Positions 41,660 to 54,600 of a stretch of 64,000 bases of DNA are shown in pieces. The DNA is from Eledone cirrhosa (Eukaryota). Numbering within the stretch: the stretch's first letter is position 1; each line of letters opens with the position of its first letter. Below the pieces are notes generated by a model, which worked only from the letters and a program-made list of their open reading frames with translations, did not search any database and was not told the DNA's origin. Both the position numbers and the translations under genes were made by a program. The stretch covers positions 41,168,001 through 41,232,000 of the forward strand of contig OZ024755.1 of NCBI GenBank assembly GCA_964016885.1, read 5' to 3'.

Positions 41660-43075
41660 CAATGTCGGACTGGAACCTAACACCACATCTAGCATCAAAC
41701 ACCAGAAACACACCCTATACTACATACCCAACACTAGCTGATCCATTATAACACAAACAACGGCATCCCTCTGGAACCCTTCGCAGGGAAAATACCCATT
41801 TATACCTCTACGGCAGGTGTGACAACATCCACCCACTTGATGGCACTACACCGCTCTAAGGGTAATTTTGAGCATGAATTGATCGGTTGGATGTTGTTGG
41901 GCAGAGGAAACACCTTCCTTAGACAGATGTAAAATGATTTAATCGAGTAGCGCTGTTGACCAGTAGGACCGGGCTGCTGAGCGCAGTGAGTGAATGCAAT
42001 GCAACTGCCGTGCGGGTTGTACGTATATGGATGATCTGACGGTCAGAGAGGGGTCGCGAGGACTGCGGATTGACCTTGGCCTGCCTGGGGACGATTATCT
42101 TTCGACATCCAATGTAGCAAGCGATGACCCAGATCTTACCAGAGATCATTGGGTCCTGAAGCAATCCTGCAATCACCGCGCCTGGTCATATGAGCAGACT
42201 ACAACCACAGAGATCATTTTAGAATCCTCGCTCATCATCTATAATTTCCATTTGTAGCACCTTAAGATGGGTTAATCCACCTTAATAATAATATAAACTA
42301 CTCTATAGTTAGTACACTTTATGCTTTAAAAGTCTCTCTTGGAAGGTGCACCTCACCATAGAATTTAGGGTCTATATTGGGACACATTTTAATGGCTAGA
42401 TATAGAAACCCCAGAGTTACCTCCCCGCATGCATTAACTCCCCTTAGCCACACACACACTTCCGGTATTCAATGGCGTTTCTCGAAACGTAACATCCCCC
42501 TGTATCGAACTAAAGAACACCAGACTACGATCTCTTACTGGATTGTCGTGGATTATGTGAAAGGCATATAATCGAAATATACACTCCCTTGACCATGAAA
42601 ATGCCGAAGTACATGAATTACTTGACATCCCTGCGCTGTGCATCTCCAATACTTATAACACTTTTAATGCTTGCACTATCTTTAATGCTTATAATATTTC
42701 TCCACACACAGACTATATCAATCATATAAAGACTTTGCCACCAGACCTACCAACCTAACACTCTTATTTACCTACCTAAGTGCCTCTACCACACATATCT
42801 CTCTGCCACACTATATAAACAAGACGCACATGCGTGCCACACATATAACATTTGCACTATATAACCACTTATCTTCATGCTGTACTTTAACCTATATCTT
42901 TGATTTTTGATTGTACCTATTAATATAAATGTAATCTCGAAGTGTGTACTGCCACTCTAAATTCTGTAATGAATGTTGACCCACAATGTTTGAATATGTA
43001 TCAATGTTTGAATATGTATTTGGTATGTCTCTCGGCTGAAAAGGAGGTCATATAACTGTCCATGCATTAATAAAT

Positions 43076-43122
43076 TGCTCCGAAGAATCCAAACCTCGGT
43101 TTGGAGGAAACAGCTGTAAGCA
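43076..43122 (+). ncRNA. Minimal type I hammerhead motif in PLE 3' end (mirror copy 36753-36799 on - strand)
   Basis: tgct-CCGAAGA-stem II tccaaacc/ggtttgga-GAAAC-AGCT-GUA-agca; palindromic stem III CAGCTG; U4C core variant. Confidence 0.7.
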
Positions 43123-43323
43123 CAATAATGTTTTGAACAGTTCTTTGATTCTTATATTTCATATAACTGCTCTGTAAATCATCTGATGTTTTTACATTGA
43201 GCTACTTAACTTACTGGTAATAAGGTAGTAATACGTTACTGCCTACCACTATTTAGGGTGTGTGTAAAATACTTACAACTGCTTAAGGCTTTGTATTTAC
43301 ATAACCATAAATAGTATAACTAA

Positions 43324-43351
<28 letters not shown>

Positions 43352-43354
<3 letters not shown>

Positions 43355-43528
43355 GGAACCAGTAAGACCCCGACGGCTGAGCTCAAACCGTTTCGACGGC
43401 TAATTCTGAGTCCAGAATTAGCCGTCGAAAAGGTTTGAGCTCAGCCGTCGGGGTCTTACTGGTTCCTATTGCCCACTCTACTACCCTAAGTATTGAGTAC
43501 TTTGGTGCGTTATGGTCCACCTGGTTCC
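43352..43528. mobile_element. PLE pLTR end with ~57-bp fold-back inverted duplication
   Basis: Same family as 3885-4272; arms meet at ctg-agtc-cag; flanked by (TA)n. Confidence 0.8.
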
Positions 43529-43545
43529 TTACCACATTTCCTTCG

Positions 43546-43615
<70 letters not shown>

Positions 43616-43619
<4 letters not shown>

Positions 43620-43801
43620 GCTCTCACCGTATTTTTGACTAAAGGAATTTTAGCATGATAATGGGGTTTAGAACCCTCAGATAAATGGAAAAAGATGAGT
43701 ATTGACGTACGTCAATAGTCATCTTTTTCCATTTATCTGAGGGTTCTAAGCCCCATTATCAGGCTAAAATTCCTTTAGTCAAAAATACGGTGAAAGCTAT
43801 T
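43616..43801. mobile_element. Spacer-less palindromic element (93-bp arms), MITE/fold-back-like
   Basis: Centre GACGT|ACGTC at 43708/43709; AATAG...CTATT termini; about 4 mismatches. Confidence 0.65.
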
Positions 43802-43847
43802 CTATTTTCTAATTTCAAACCTGCTCACTGTTTCAAAACATACTTAA

Positions 43848-43879
<32 letters not shown>

Positions 43880-44040
43880 GTAATAATAATAAATTTGAAG
43901 ACTAAAATCCAAGAGGGCTCGATAAGGATAAATATATATCAGATATATAAGAACCGTAGAGTAAATAGTTTCAGAAGATCCCGTTAAGGGTGAAAGCAGC
44001 GATTCTTTGCTTAAATTTTAATCTGTTATTTTAATAAATA

Positions 44041-44092
<52 letters not shown>

Positions 44093-44896
44093 TAATAAAA
44101 TAATGAATAAACAAAGAAACAGTTCCTTATATTAAAAAAAATTCATCATTTTACGATCGTTTCTAGGATATATATGTGTTAGAGTTGGTATGCATATTCT
44201 ATAGATCTATGTACAATATTTATGCAAACTATCAGATGGAATATACATACCTACACATATATATGCTGTCTTCAGAAATAATGATATTTGTTTATTGAAA
44301 AAACAAAGATTCAATACAATAGGTCTGTTTGGGAACAGGTTTTGAATTGACCAATAGAGAGATAGTGAGGGTCAAGGTAGTAATATAGTAGTAGAAGAAC
44401 CTTAAATTATGGGTAGAGGAAGGTAGATTTCAGTTTTGGAAGGAAAAGAATATTATGAATGAAGAAATAGGTCTTATGCTGACCTCAGAAATAATTTTAT
44501 TTATCATATCTATATGTATTAGTATAATTTTATCAATATAAATATACCCATCAATTAAATTAATTTATATTCTTTTCATAGATGTATTTTTTTCACTAAC
44601 ATTCTTATCGTAAAACTTTAGTCACCTTAGATATTTGTATTGGCATTACTATTTTATAACAGCAACTGCTTGTATACCTTTTACTGACCCCCTGACCTAT
44701 TTTCACCCCTAAAATAAGCTTCAATTACTACTATTTTACCATTTGGCTAATTATTAACTTTCTATTGGTTAATTCTAAACCTCTTACCAAACAGACAGAA
44801 TATATTAGATCTTTGTTGGTTTTATTCAATGAACAAATAAAATTATTTCTGAGGTCAGCATAAGACCTATTTCTTCCCTAAAATAATCCTTCATTC

Positions 44897-44966
<70 letters not shown>

Positions 44967-45430
44967 TTGGTTGTGGATTATAAACATACAGAGACATTAG
45001 CCCTGAATTTTTGTATTTACATACACTTTTTCGACATGCGTATGCATGTGAACATACATTTTTATGCATATCTGTGAACGAAGTTACTTGCATATATACA
45101 CACACCTAACTGTATTTTCTTGATGTATTTTTATGTATTTCATTGGTCTATTTAAAATCTGTTCCCAAACAGACCTGTAATTTTGAATTGTTGTTATTAT
45201 CAATAAATATACTTCATTATTTCTGAAGACGGCATATGTATGTGTAGGTATGTATATTCTATTTGATAGTTTGTATAATTTTGTATAATTTTTTACATAG
45301 ATCTTTTGAATATGCATGCCAATTCTAACACATATATGTCCTAGAAACGATCGTTAAATAATGAACTTTTTTTGTTTAATATAAGGAACTGTTTCATTGT
45401 TTTATTCATTATTTTTTAAATATTTTTTAA

Positions 45431-45488
<58 letters not shown>

Positions 45489-45529
45489 GTATATATATAT
45501 ATATTATATATGTATATATATATATATAT

Positions 45530-45865
45530 GTCATCAGCCAGCGAGTTGTCTGCACATTGTCACCACTTTCATTATGTGTGAGGAAAAAGATGCATCATCG
45601 CTCATGTCTATACCCAGGTCTCGTATCGATTTCGAGACGGTGATATCGGTCCCTCCTGGTCCGGCCTAACTGTGTTGTACTGTATTTGTGTTTGCAGGTT
45701 TGTATTGTAGGGCTTTTTTTTGCCAGCATTAAACTGCATGTTGTTGTCTTCCGCCCATTTGTATATGGCATCCAGATCTTGTTGTAAAAGGGCAGCATCA
45801 GCCGGGTTTTTGATTGCCTGTGCTACCTTATTGTCATCAGCATAGCTAGTGCGGGATGTTGTTGT
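45530..45865 (-). pseudogene. CR1/Jockey-group LINE RT fragment
   Basis: SYADDNKV..LQQDLDAIYKWAEDNNMQFN.GK, then IRDLGIDMSDDASFSSHI. Confidence 0.8.
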
Positions 45866-45887
45866 ATGTTGTTGTATGTATATATTA

Positions 45888-45955
<68 letters not shown>

Positions 45956-46124
45956 ATATCGGAGAAAGCTTTTTAGCGATACTCCGGCCAAATTCCAACT
46001 CACTCAACAAACATTAGGAAATAAGTGATTATATTCCCAATTATGTGTTCGGGGTGCTAACTAAAAGTATTGCGTGGAAAATTGGCTGTATTATTTCATA
46101 TGAGACATATCTAATATATCTCTT

Positions 46125-46251
46125 CCCAGACGGACGTTTCGTTTCATTATAGGATTCCTACAATTTGGGTGAAATTATACCATTTTATGTAGGAGCTTGT
46201 ATACCATCAATAGATATATATTCAAGTGGGCTCCTATAATTCATCAGTGGG
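46125..46251 (-). ncRNA. Hammerhead motif with extended stem II
   Basis: ccca-CTGATGA-attatagga/tcctataat-(gaaac)-GAAAC-GTCC-GUC-tggg. Confidence 0.6.
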
Positions 46252-46501
46252 TGCCCCAATAATACTAATATTGATAATCTAACCAACATCAGCATTTAGC
46301 GATAATCACTTTCTGTGCCTGAGGTATCTGTCAGGTTGCCAGTCCAGCAGTTCTAAAGGAAGTGCTCGAACTGATTCAAAAAATGAGGAAGTGAATTACC
46401 GCCAAAAAAAAACACACATATATATATATATGTTAGTTTCAGAAAATCCCGTTAAGGGTGAAAGCAGCGATTCTTTGCTTAAACTTTAATCTGTTATTAT
46501 A

Positions 46502-46580
<79 letters not shown>

Positions 46581-46583
<3 letters not shown>

Positions 46584-46748
46584 TGAAATTCCGTTATAAA
46601 GAAATTCACGAGGTATAAAAAAATTCGTGTAACGAAAAATTCTTTATAACGAGGTCAACCGAAACAAATCGAGCGTTTGTTTGTTATTACTTCAGGGATT
46701 GAAAAAAAATTCGTTATAATGATATTTGTTATAACAGAATTTTACCTG
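46581..46748. mobile_element. Tc1/mariner-superfamily (pogo/Tigger-like) MITE
   Basis: TA|CAGTGAAATTCCGTTATAA ... TTATAACAGAATTTTACCTG|TA imperfect TIRs with internal TTATAAC repeats. Confidence 0.7.
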
Positions 46749-47087
46749 TATATATATATTATTATTATTAAAAGAACGGAGGCCATATTCAGTTGATTCA
46801 GGTTTAGTTAAAACTCTGTTATATATATTTCACTGAGGACTATCAGTTATGATAGCCTGAGCTCCTCAGACGGCAAAACCTATAAAAACAATGAATGTTC
46901 CTAAAAAAAAACCTTTAAGTTTGTAAAAATCCATATAACTTATAAATAATACATTTAAAATGTTATATTGATATTTAATACTTTGTGGTTGTTTCTAATT
47001 AAACGCTGGGATTAAAGAAAGTGTTAGCTAGTAAGGGTTATTTTAAGACACATTTATAATTCCTTACTTGTTTATATTTGTCAACAG

Positions 47088-47229
47088 TCACGCTCCACAA
47101 AGATTCTATAACATTATCTCAAGGACACAAAGGAATTGTACAAATTCTTGAAGCAGGAACGGTTTTACCATTGATTCAAAGTATTTCAGCAGCTGACGCT
47201 AAAAACATCTGTATTACGAGAGGATACTA
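47088..47229 (+). CDS. Host-gene 142-nt exon, N-terminal half of a divergent SRCR-like domain (FTLHKDSITLSQGHKGIVQILEAGTVLPLIQSISAADAKNICITRGY)
   Basis: Acceptor tttatatttgtcaacag, donor GTAAGT at 47230. Open in the phase set by the previous exon. Pattern I.L..G..G.V.I...G...DA..IC...GY resembles SRCR VRL..G..GRVEI..G.WG..C...DA.VVCRQLGY. Confidence 0.75.
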
Positions 47230-47934
47230 GTAAGTTGTTTTGGGAAATATCCAATCAATTTGCTTTACATTGTGTATATGTTATTAGTGTTTGTTTTGTT
47301 TGGTGAGTCTGGAGGAAGTGGTGGTGCTCATGCCTTTCAGAGGCCCTCCGATATTATTGAGATCAATGCCATTGATGTATTTACATTTTTAGCAGCTTCA
47401 CGCCTTTGGGAAAGATATGAGTCCCATAAGAAGTTCGACAGAGATGAGGTTCTAGGCTGGAAGGACTCCGGATAGCAGTTAGTGAAGGGCCTGGTGGCTT
47501 GAGGGATGAGAGAAGGGGAGACGAGTGAGTTGTCAGCGTTTGAGTGGGGGTGGCATGAAACCATTGTTGAAGTGAGAGTATTGGCGGGGAGGGAAGTGTC
47601 AGACATTGTTGAATTGATGGTGTTGGCAGGCAGGAGGTGAAGTGAGGGTGTTGGCGAGGAGGAGGGGCTAAGACTTTGTTGAAGTGATGGTGATGGCGGG
47701 GAGGAGGGGGCATCTGTCGGTTTCGACGATGAGTGTCCCAGTTGTTCGTTCAACGGAACAGCCTACTCATGACATAAACATGAAAGTGACTACGCGTTCC
47801 ACAGACACGTGTACCCTAAACCCAATACTCACAGATATTCAGCAGGACACACTATGTGACAAGACCGGCCCAGTTACAGTCCATCCGATGGGCTTCCAAA
47901 CAATTTCCATCAACCCAGCTTCCCTCAGAGTTTA

Positions 47935-48052
47935 TTTGTTGACCCGGGTTTATGGTAAATGACACTTGCTCAAGATGTCACGCCGTGGGATCTAACCTGG
48001 TACCTAATGGTTGAGAGGCAAACTTCTTAGCCAGCTGGCCATGCTGCGTCCG
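47935..48052 (-). mobile_element. tRNA-derived SINE head, second family
   Basis: Reverse complement GGACGCAGCATGGCC..GGCTAAG..GGTTAGATCCCACGGCGTGACATCTTGAGCAAGTGTC has A-box and B-box-like motifs. Confidence 0.6.
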
Positions 48053-48465
48053 CAGTGAATCATTATCTTCTTATTTTTCTTTAAGTCCCATAACTCCTGA
48101 TAGAGTCCCAGGGGCCGTATTGGCATACGGTGTTTCTTGGGTATTTTAAGCCTGGCGGAGCCCATCTCCCTCCAGGTCTGAGTACAGCAATTTATTTCCA
48201 GAGAAAGATAGAAATTGAGAGAGGAAATGAGAAAGGGATATAGAGGAAGAATCGACCCCAGTATTAGACTGGTACTTTTTTATCGACCGGAACGAATACC
48301 ACAAAGTATTCTATCCGACATTCTAACGACTCTACCAAATCGCCGCCTTGTGAATCATTATATAGGCCGGCAAAATATCTCATCCGGCATGGCTTGAGTC
48401 TTGAACCAAGAGTATCGGGATTACGACCATAGCACACCTCCTTAGTTATTACTTTGTTTTATTGA

Positions 48466-48622
48466 TGGATTGGCAGAATCGGTAGAGCATCGGACAACAT
48501 ACGCATGGAGCTTAGGCCCTTTACGTTTTGAGTTCAAATCCTTCCGAGGTTAACTTTGTCTTTCATCCTTACGGGGTCGATAAAATAAAGTACCAGTAAT
48601 GCACTGGGGTTGACTTAATCGA
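48466..48622 (+). mobile_element. tRNA-derived SINE, same family as 7818-8004
   Basis: TGGCAGAATCGGTAG, GAGTTCAAATC, GGGGTCGATAAAATAAAGTACCAG. Confidence 0.85.
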
Positions 48623-48687
48623 TGGTCTCCTCCTACAATATTTCTTTAATTTTAAAGAAGCAGAATTTTTATAGATTAATTATTGGC

Positions 48688-51600
48688 GTCAGATTCCATG
48701 GTGATCCCTGTTCTCTACGTCCAGTCTGTCACATTCCATGGTGATCCCTGTTCTCTACGTCCAGTCTGTCAGATTCCATGGTGATCCCTGTTCTCTACGT
48801 CCAGTCTGTCACATTCCATGGTGATCCCTGTTCTCTATGTCCAGCCTGTCAGATTCCATGGTGATCCCTGTTCTCTACGTCCAGTCTGTCACATTCCATG
48901 GTGATCCCTGTTCTCTACGTCCAGTCTGTCAGATTCCATGGTGATCCCTGTTCTCTACGTCCAGTCTGTCACATTCCATGGTGATCCCTGTTCTCTACGT
49001 CCAGTCTGTCACATTCCATGGTGATCCCTGTTCTCTACGTCCAGCCTGTCAGATTCCATGGTGATCCCTGTTCTCTATGTCCAGTCTGTCACATTCCATG
49101 GTGATCCCTGTTCTCTACGTCCAGTCTGTCACATTCCATGGTGAACCCTGTTCTCTACGTCCAGTCTGTCACATTCCATGGTGATCCCTGTTCTCTACGT
49201 CCAGTCTGTCAGATTCCATGGTGATCCCTGTTCTCTACGTCCAGTCTGTCACATTCCATGGTGATCCCTGTTCTCTATGTCCAGCCTGTCAGATTCCATG
49301 GTGATCCCTGTACTCTACGTCCAGTCTGTCACATTCCATGGTGATCCCTGTTCTCTATGTCCAGTCTGTCAGATTCCATGGTGATCCCTGTTCTCTACGT
49401 CCAGTCTGTCACATTCCATGGTGATCCCTGTTCTCTACGTCCAGCCTGTCAGATTCCATGGTGATCCCTGTTCTCTATGTCCAGCCTGTCTGATTCCATG
49501 GTGATCCCTGTTCTCTATGTCCAGCCTGTCAGATTCCATGGTGATCCCTGTTCTCTATGTCCAGTCTGTCAGATTCCGTGGTGATCCCTGTTCTCTATGT
49601 CCAGCCTGTCAGATTCCATGGTGATCCCTGTTCTCTATGTCCAGCCTGTCAGATTCCATAGTGATCCCTGTTCTCTACGTCCTGTCTGTCAGATTCCATG
49701 GTGATCCCTGTTCTCTATGTCCAGCCTGTCAGATTCCATGGTGATCCCTGTTCTCTATGTCCAACCTGTCAGATTCCATGGTGATCCCTGTTCTCCATGT
49801 CCAGTCTGTCAGATTCCATGGTGATCCCTGTTCTCTATGTCCAGCCTGTCAGATTCCATGGTGATCCCTGTTCTCTATGTCCAGCCTGTCAGATTCCATG
49901 GTGATCCCTGTTCTCTATGTCCAGCCTGTCAGATTCCATGGTGATCCCTGTTCTCCATGTCCAGTCTGTCAGATTCCATAGTGATCCCTGTTCTCTATGT
50001 CCAGCCTGTCAGATTCCATGGTGATCCCTGTTCTCTACGTCCAGCCTGTCAGGTTCCATGGTGATCCCTGTTCTCTATGTCCAGCCTGTCAGGTTCCATG
50101 GTGATCCCTGTTCTCTATGTCCAGCCTGTCAGATTCCATGGTGATCCCTGTTCTCTACGTCCAGCCTGTCAGGTTCCATGGTGATCCCTGTTCTCTATGT
50201 CCAGCCTGTCAGGTTCCATGGTGATCCCTGTTCTCTACGTCCAGCCTGTGAGGTTCCATGGTGATCACTGTTCTCTATGTCCAGCCTGTCAGATTCCATG
50301 GTGATCCCTGTTCTCTACGTCCAGCCTGTCAGGTTCCATGGTGATCCCTGTTCTCTATGTCCAGACTGTCAGATTCCATGGTGATCCCTGTTCTCTATGT
50401 CCAGTCTGTCAGGTTCCATGGTGATCCCTGTTCTCTATGTCCAGTCTGTCAGATTCCATGGTGATCCCTGTTCTCTATGTCCAGTCTGTCAGATTCCATA
50501 GTGATCCCTGTTCTCTACGTCCAGCCTGTCAGATTCCATGGTGATCCCTGTTCTCTATGTCCTGTCTGTCAGATTCCATGGTGATCCCTGTTCTCTACGT
50601 CCAGCCTGTCAGATTCCATGGTGATCCCTGTTCTCTATGTCCTGTCTGTCAGATTCCAAGGTGATCCCTGTTCTCTACGTCCAGCCTGTCAGATTCCATG
50701 GTGATCCCTGTTCTCTATGTCCTGTCTGTCAGATTCCATGGTGATCCCTGTTCGCTATGTCCAGTCTGTCAGATTCCATGGTGATCCCTGTTCTCTATGT
50801 CCAGTCTGTCGGATTCCATGGTGATCCCTGTTCTCTATGTCCAGTCTGTCAGATTCCATGGTGATCCCTGTTCTCTATGTCCAGTCTGTCAGATTCCATG
50901 GTGATCCCTGTTCTCTACGTCCAGCCTGTCAGATTCCATGGTGATCCCTGTTCTCTATGTCCTGTCTGTCAGATTCCATGGTGATCCCTGTTCTCTACGT
51001 CCAGCCTGTCAGATTCCATGGTGATCCCTGTTCTCTATGTCCTGTCTGTCAGATTCCATGGTGATCCCTGTTCTCTATGTCCAGTCTGTCAGATTCCATG
51101 GTGATCCCTGTTCTCTATGTCCAGTCTGTCAGATTCCATGGTGATCCCTGTTCTCTATGTCCAGTCTGTCAGATTCCATGGTGATCCCTGTTCTCTATGT
51201 CCAACCTGTCAGATTCCATGGTGATCCCTGTTCTCCATGTCCAGTCTGTCAGATTCCATGGTGATCCCTGTTCTCTATGTCCAGCCTGTCAGATTCCATG
51301 GTGATCCCTGTTCTCTATGTCCAGCCTGTCAGATTCCATGGTGATCCCTGTTCTCTATGTCCAGCCTGTCAGATTCCATGGTGATCCCTGTTCTCCATGT
51401 CCAGTCTGTCAGATTCCATAGTGATCCCTGTTCTCTATGTCCAGCCTGTCAGATTCCATGGTGATCCCTGTTCTCTACGTCCAGCCTGTCAGGTTCCATG
51501 GTGATCCCTGTTCTCTATGTCCAGCCTGTCAGGTTCCATGGTGATCCCTGTTCTCTATGTCCAGCCTGTCAGATTCCATGGTGATCCCGGTTCTCTACGT

Positions 51601-54600
51601 CCAGCCTGTCAGGTTCCATGGTGATCCCTGTTCTCTATGTCCAGCCTGTCAGGTTCCATGGTGATCCCTGTTCTCTACGTCCAGCCTGTCAGGTTCCATG
51701 GTGATCCCTGTTCCTTATGTCCAGCCTGTCGGATTCCATGGTGATCCCTGTTCTCTAAGTCCAGCCTGTCAGGTTCCATGGTGATCCCTGTTCTCTATGT
51801 CCAGACTGTCAGATTCCATGGTGATCCCTGTTCTCTATGTCCAGTCTGTCAGGTTCCATGGTGATCCCTGTTCTCTATGTCCAGTCTGTCAGATTCCATG
51901 GTGATCCCTGTTCTCTATGTCCAGTCTGTCAGATTCCATAGTGATCCCTGTTCTCTACGTCCAGCCTGTCAGATTCCATGGTGATCCCTGTTCTCTATGT
52001 CCTGTCTGTCAGATTCCATGGTGATCCCTGTTCTCTACGTCCAGCCTGTCAGATTCCATGGTGATCCCTGTTCTCTATGTCCTGTCTGTCAGATTCCATG
52101 GTGATCCCTGTTCTCTACGTCCAGCCTGTCAGATTCCATGGTGATCCCTGTTCTCTATGTCCTGTCTGTCAGATTCCATGGTGATCCCTGTTCTCTATGT
52201 CCAGTCTGTCAGATTCCATGGTGATCCCTGTTCTCTATGTCCAGTCTGTCAGATTCCATGGTGATCCCTGTTCTCTATGTCCAGTCTGTCAGATTCCATG
52301 GTGATCCCTGTTCTCTATGTCCAGTCTGTCAGATTCCATGGTGATCCCTGTTCTCTATGTCCAGTCTGTCAGATTCCATGGTGATCCCTGTTCTCTACGT
52401 CCAGCCTGTCGGATTCCATGGTGATCCCTGTTCTCTATGTCCTGTCTGTCAGATTCCATGGTGATCCCTGTTCTCTACGTCCAGCCTGTCAGATTCCATG
52501 GTGATCCCTGTTCTCTATGTCCTGTCTGTCAGATTCCATGGTGATCCCTGTTCTCTATGTCCAGTCTGTCAGATTCCATGGTGATCCCTGTTCTCTATGT
52601 CCAGTCTGTCAGATTCCATGGTGATCCCTGTTCTCTATGTCCAGTCTGTCACATTCCATGGTGATCCCTGTTCTCTATGTCCAGTCTGTCAGATTCCATG
52701 GTCGTCCCTGTTCTCTATGTCCTGTCTGTCAGATTCCATCGTGATCCCTGATCTCTATGTCCAGTCTGTCAGATTCCATGGTGATCCCTGTTCTCTATGT
52801 CCTGTCTGTCAGATTCCATGGTGATCCCTGTTCTCTACGTCCAGCCTGTTAGATTCCATGGTGATCCCTGTTCTCTATGTCCAGTCTGTCAGATTCCATG
52901 GTGATCCCTGTTCTCTATGTCCTGTCTGTCAGATTCCATGGTGATCCCTGTTCTCTATGTCCTGTCTGTCAGATTCCATGGTGATCCCTGTTCTCTACGT
53001 CCAGCCTGTCAGATTCCATGGTGATCCCTGTTCTCTATGTCCTGTCTGTCAGATTCCAAGGTGATCCCTGTTCTCTATGTCCTGTCTGTCAGATTCCATG
53101 GTGATCCCTGTTCTCTACGTCCAGCCTGTCAGATTCCATGGTGATCCCTGTTCTCTATGTCCTGTCTGTCAGATTCCATGGTGATCCCTGTTCTCTATGT
53201 CCAGCCTGTCAGATTCCATGGTGATCCCTGTTCTCTACGTCCAGCCTGTCAGATTCCATGGTGATCCCTGTTCTCTATGTCCTGTCTGTCAGATTCCATG
53301 GTGATCCCTGTTCTCTATGTCCTGCCTGTCAGATTCCATGGTGATCCCTGTTATCTATGTCCTGTCTGTCAGATTCCATAGTGATCCCTGTTCTCTACGT
53401 CCAGCCTGTCAGATTCCATGGTGATCCCTGTTCTCTATGTCATGTCTGTCAGATTCCATGGTGATCCCTGTTCTCTATGTCCAGCCTGTCAGATTCCATG
53501 GTGATCCCTGTTCTCTATGTCCTGTCTGTCAGATTCCATGGTGATCCCTGTTCTCTATGTCCTGTCTGTCAGATTCCATGGTGATCCCTGTTCTCTATGT
53601 CCTGTCTGTCAGATTCCATGGTGATCCCTGTTCTCTACGTCCAGTCTGTCAGATTCCATGGTGATCCCTGTTCTCTATGTCCAGTCTGTCAGATTCCATG
53701 GTGATCCCTGTTCTCTATGTCCTGTCTGTCAGATTCCATGGTGATCCCTGTTCTCTATGTCCAGTCTGTCAGATTCCATGGTGATCCCTGTTATCTATGT
53801 CCTGTCTGTCAGATTCCATGGTGATCCCTGTTCTCTACGTCCAGCCTGTCAGATTTCATGATGATCCCTGTTCTCTATGTCCAGTCTGTCAGATTCCATG
53901 GTGATCCCTGTTCTCTATGTCCTGTCTGTCAGATTCCATGGTGATCCCTGTTCTCTATGTCCTGTCTGTCAGATTCCATGGTGATCCCTGTTCTCTACGT
54001 CCAGCCTGTCAGATTCCATGGTGATCCCTGTTCTCTATGTCCTGTCTGTCAGATTCCATGGTGATCCCTGTTCTCTATGTCCAGCCTGTCAGATTCCATG
54101 GTGATCCCTGTTCTCTACGTCCAGCCTGTCAGATTCCATGGTGATCCCTGTTCTCTATGTCCTGTCTGTCAGATTCCATGGTGATCCCTGTTCTCTATGT
54201 CCTGTCTGTCAGATTCCATGGTGATCCCTGTTCTCTATGTCCTGTCTGTCAGATTCCATAGTGATCCCTGTTCTCTACGTCCAGCCTGTCAGATTCCATG
54301 GTGATCCCTGTTCTCTATGTCCTGTCTGTCAGATTCCATGGTGATCCCTGTTCTCTATATCCAGTCTGTCAGATTCCATGGTGATCCCTGTTCTCTACGT
54401 CCAGCCTGTCAGATTCCATGGTGATCCCTGTTCTCTATGTCCTGTCTGTCAGATTCCATGGTGATCCCTGTTCTCTATGTCCAGCCTGTCAGATTCCATG
54501 GTGATCCCTGTTCTCTACGTCCAGCCTGTCAGATTCCATGGTGATCCCTGTTCTCTATGTCCTGTCTGTCAGATTCCATCGTGATCCCTGATCTCTATGT

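Larger units (their letters stand above)
36710..43326. mobile_element. PLE insertion with 3.2-kb inverted duplication (arms 36710-39909 and 39966-43165)
   Basis: Arms are reverse complements with constant coordinate sum 79875 (no net indel). The + copy continues about 160 bp further to a (TA)n tract. Both outer ends abut (TA)n. Confidence 0.95.

Noticed and set aside
43968-44005. Hammerhead-like CAGAAGA-ccc/ggg-GAAAGC (also near 46440)
   Set aside because: Core deviates and no convincing stem III, cleavage triplet or stem I.
47337-47753. 138-aa Ser/Pro-rich minus-strand ORF
   Set aside because: Low complexity, no recognisable motif; possibly a transposon remnant but cannot be supported.
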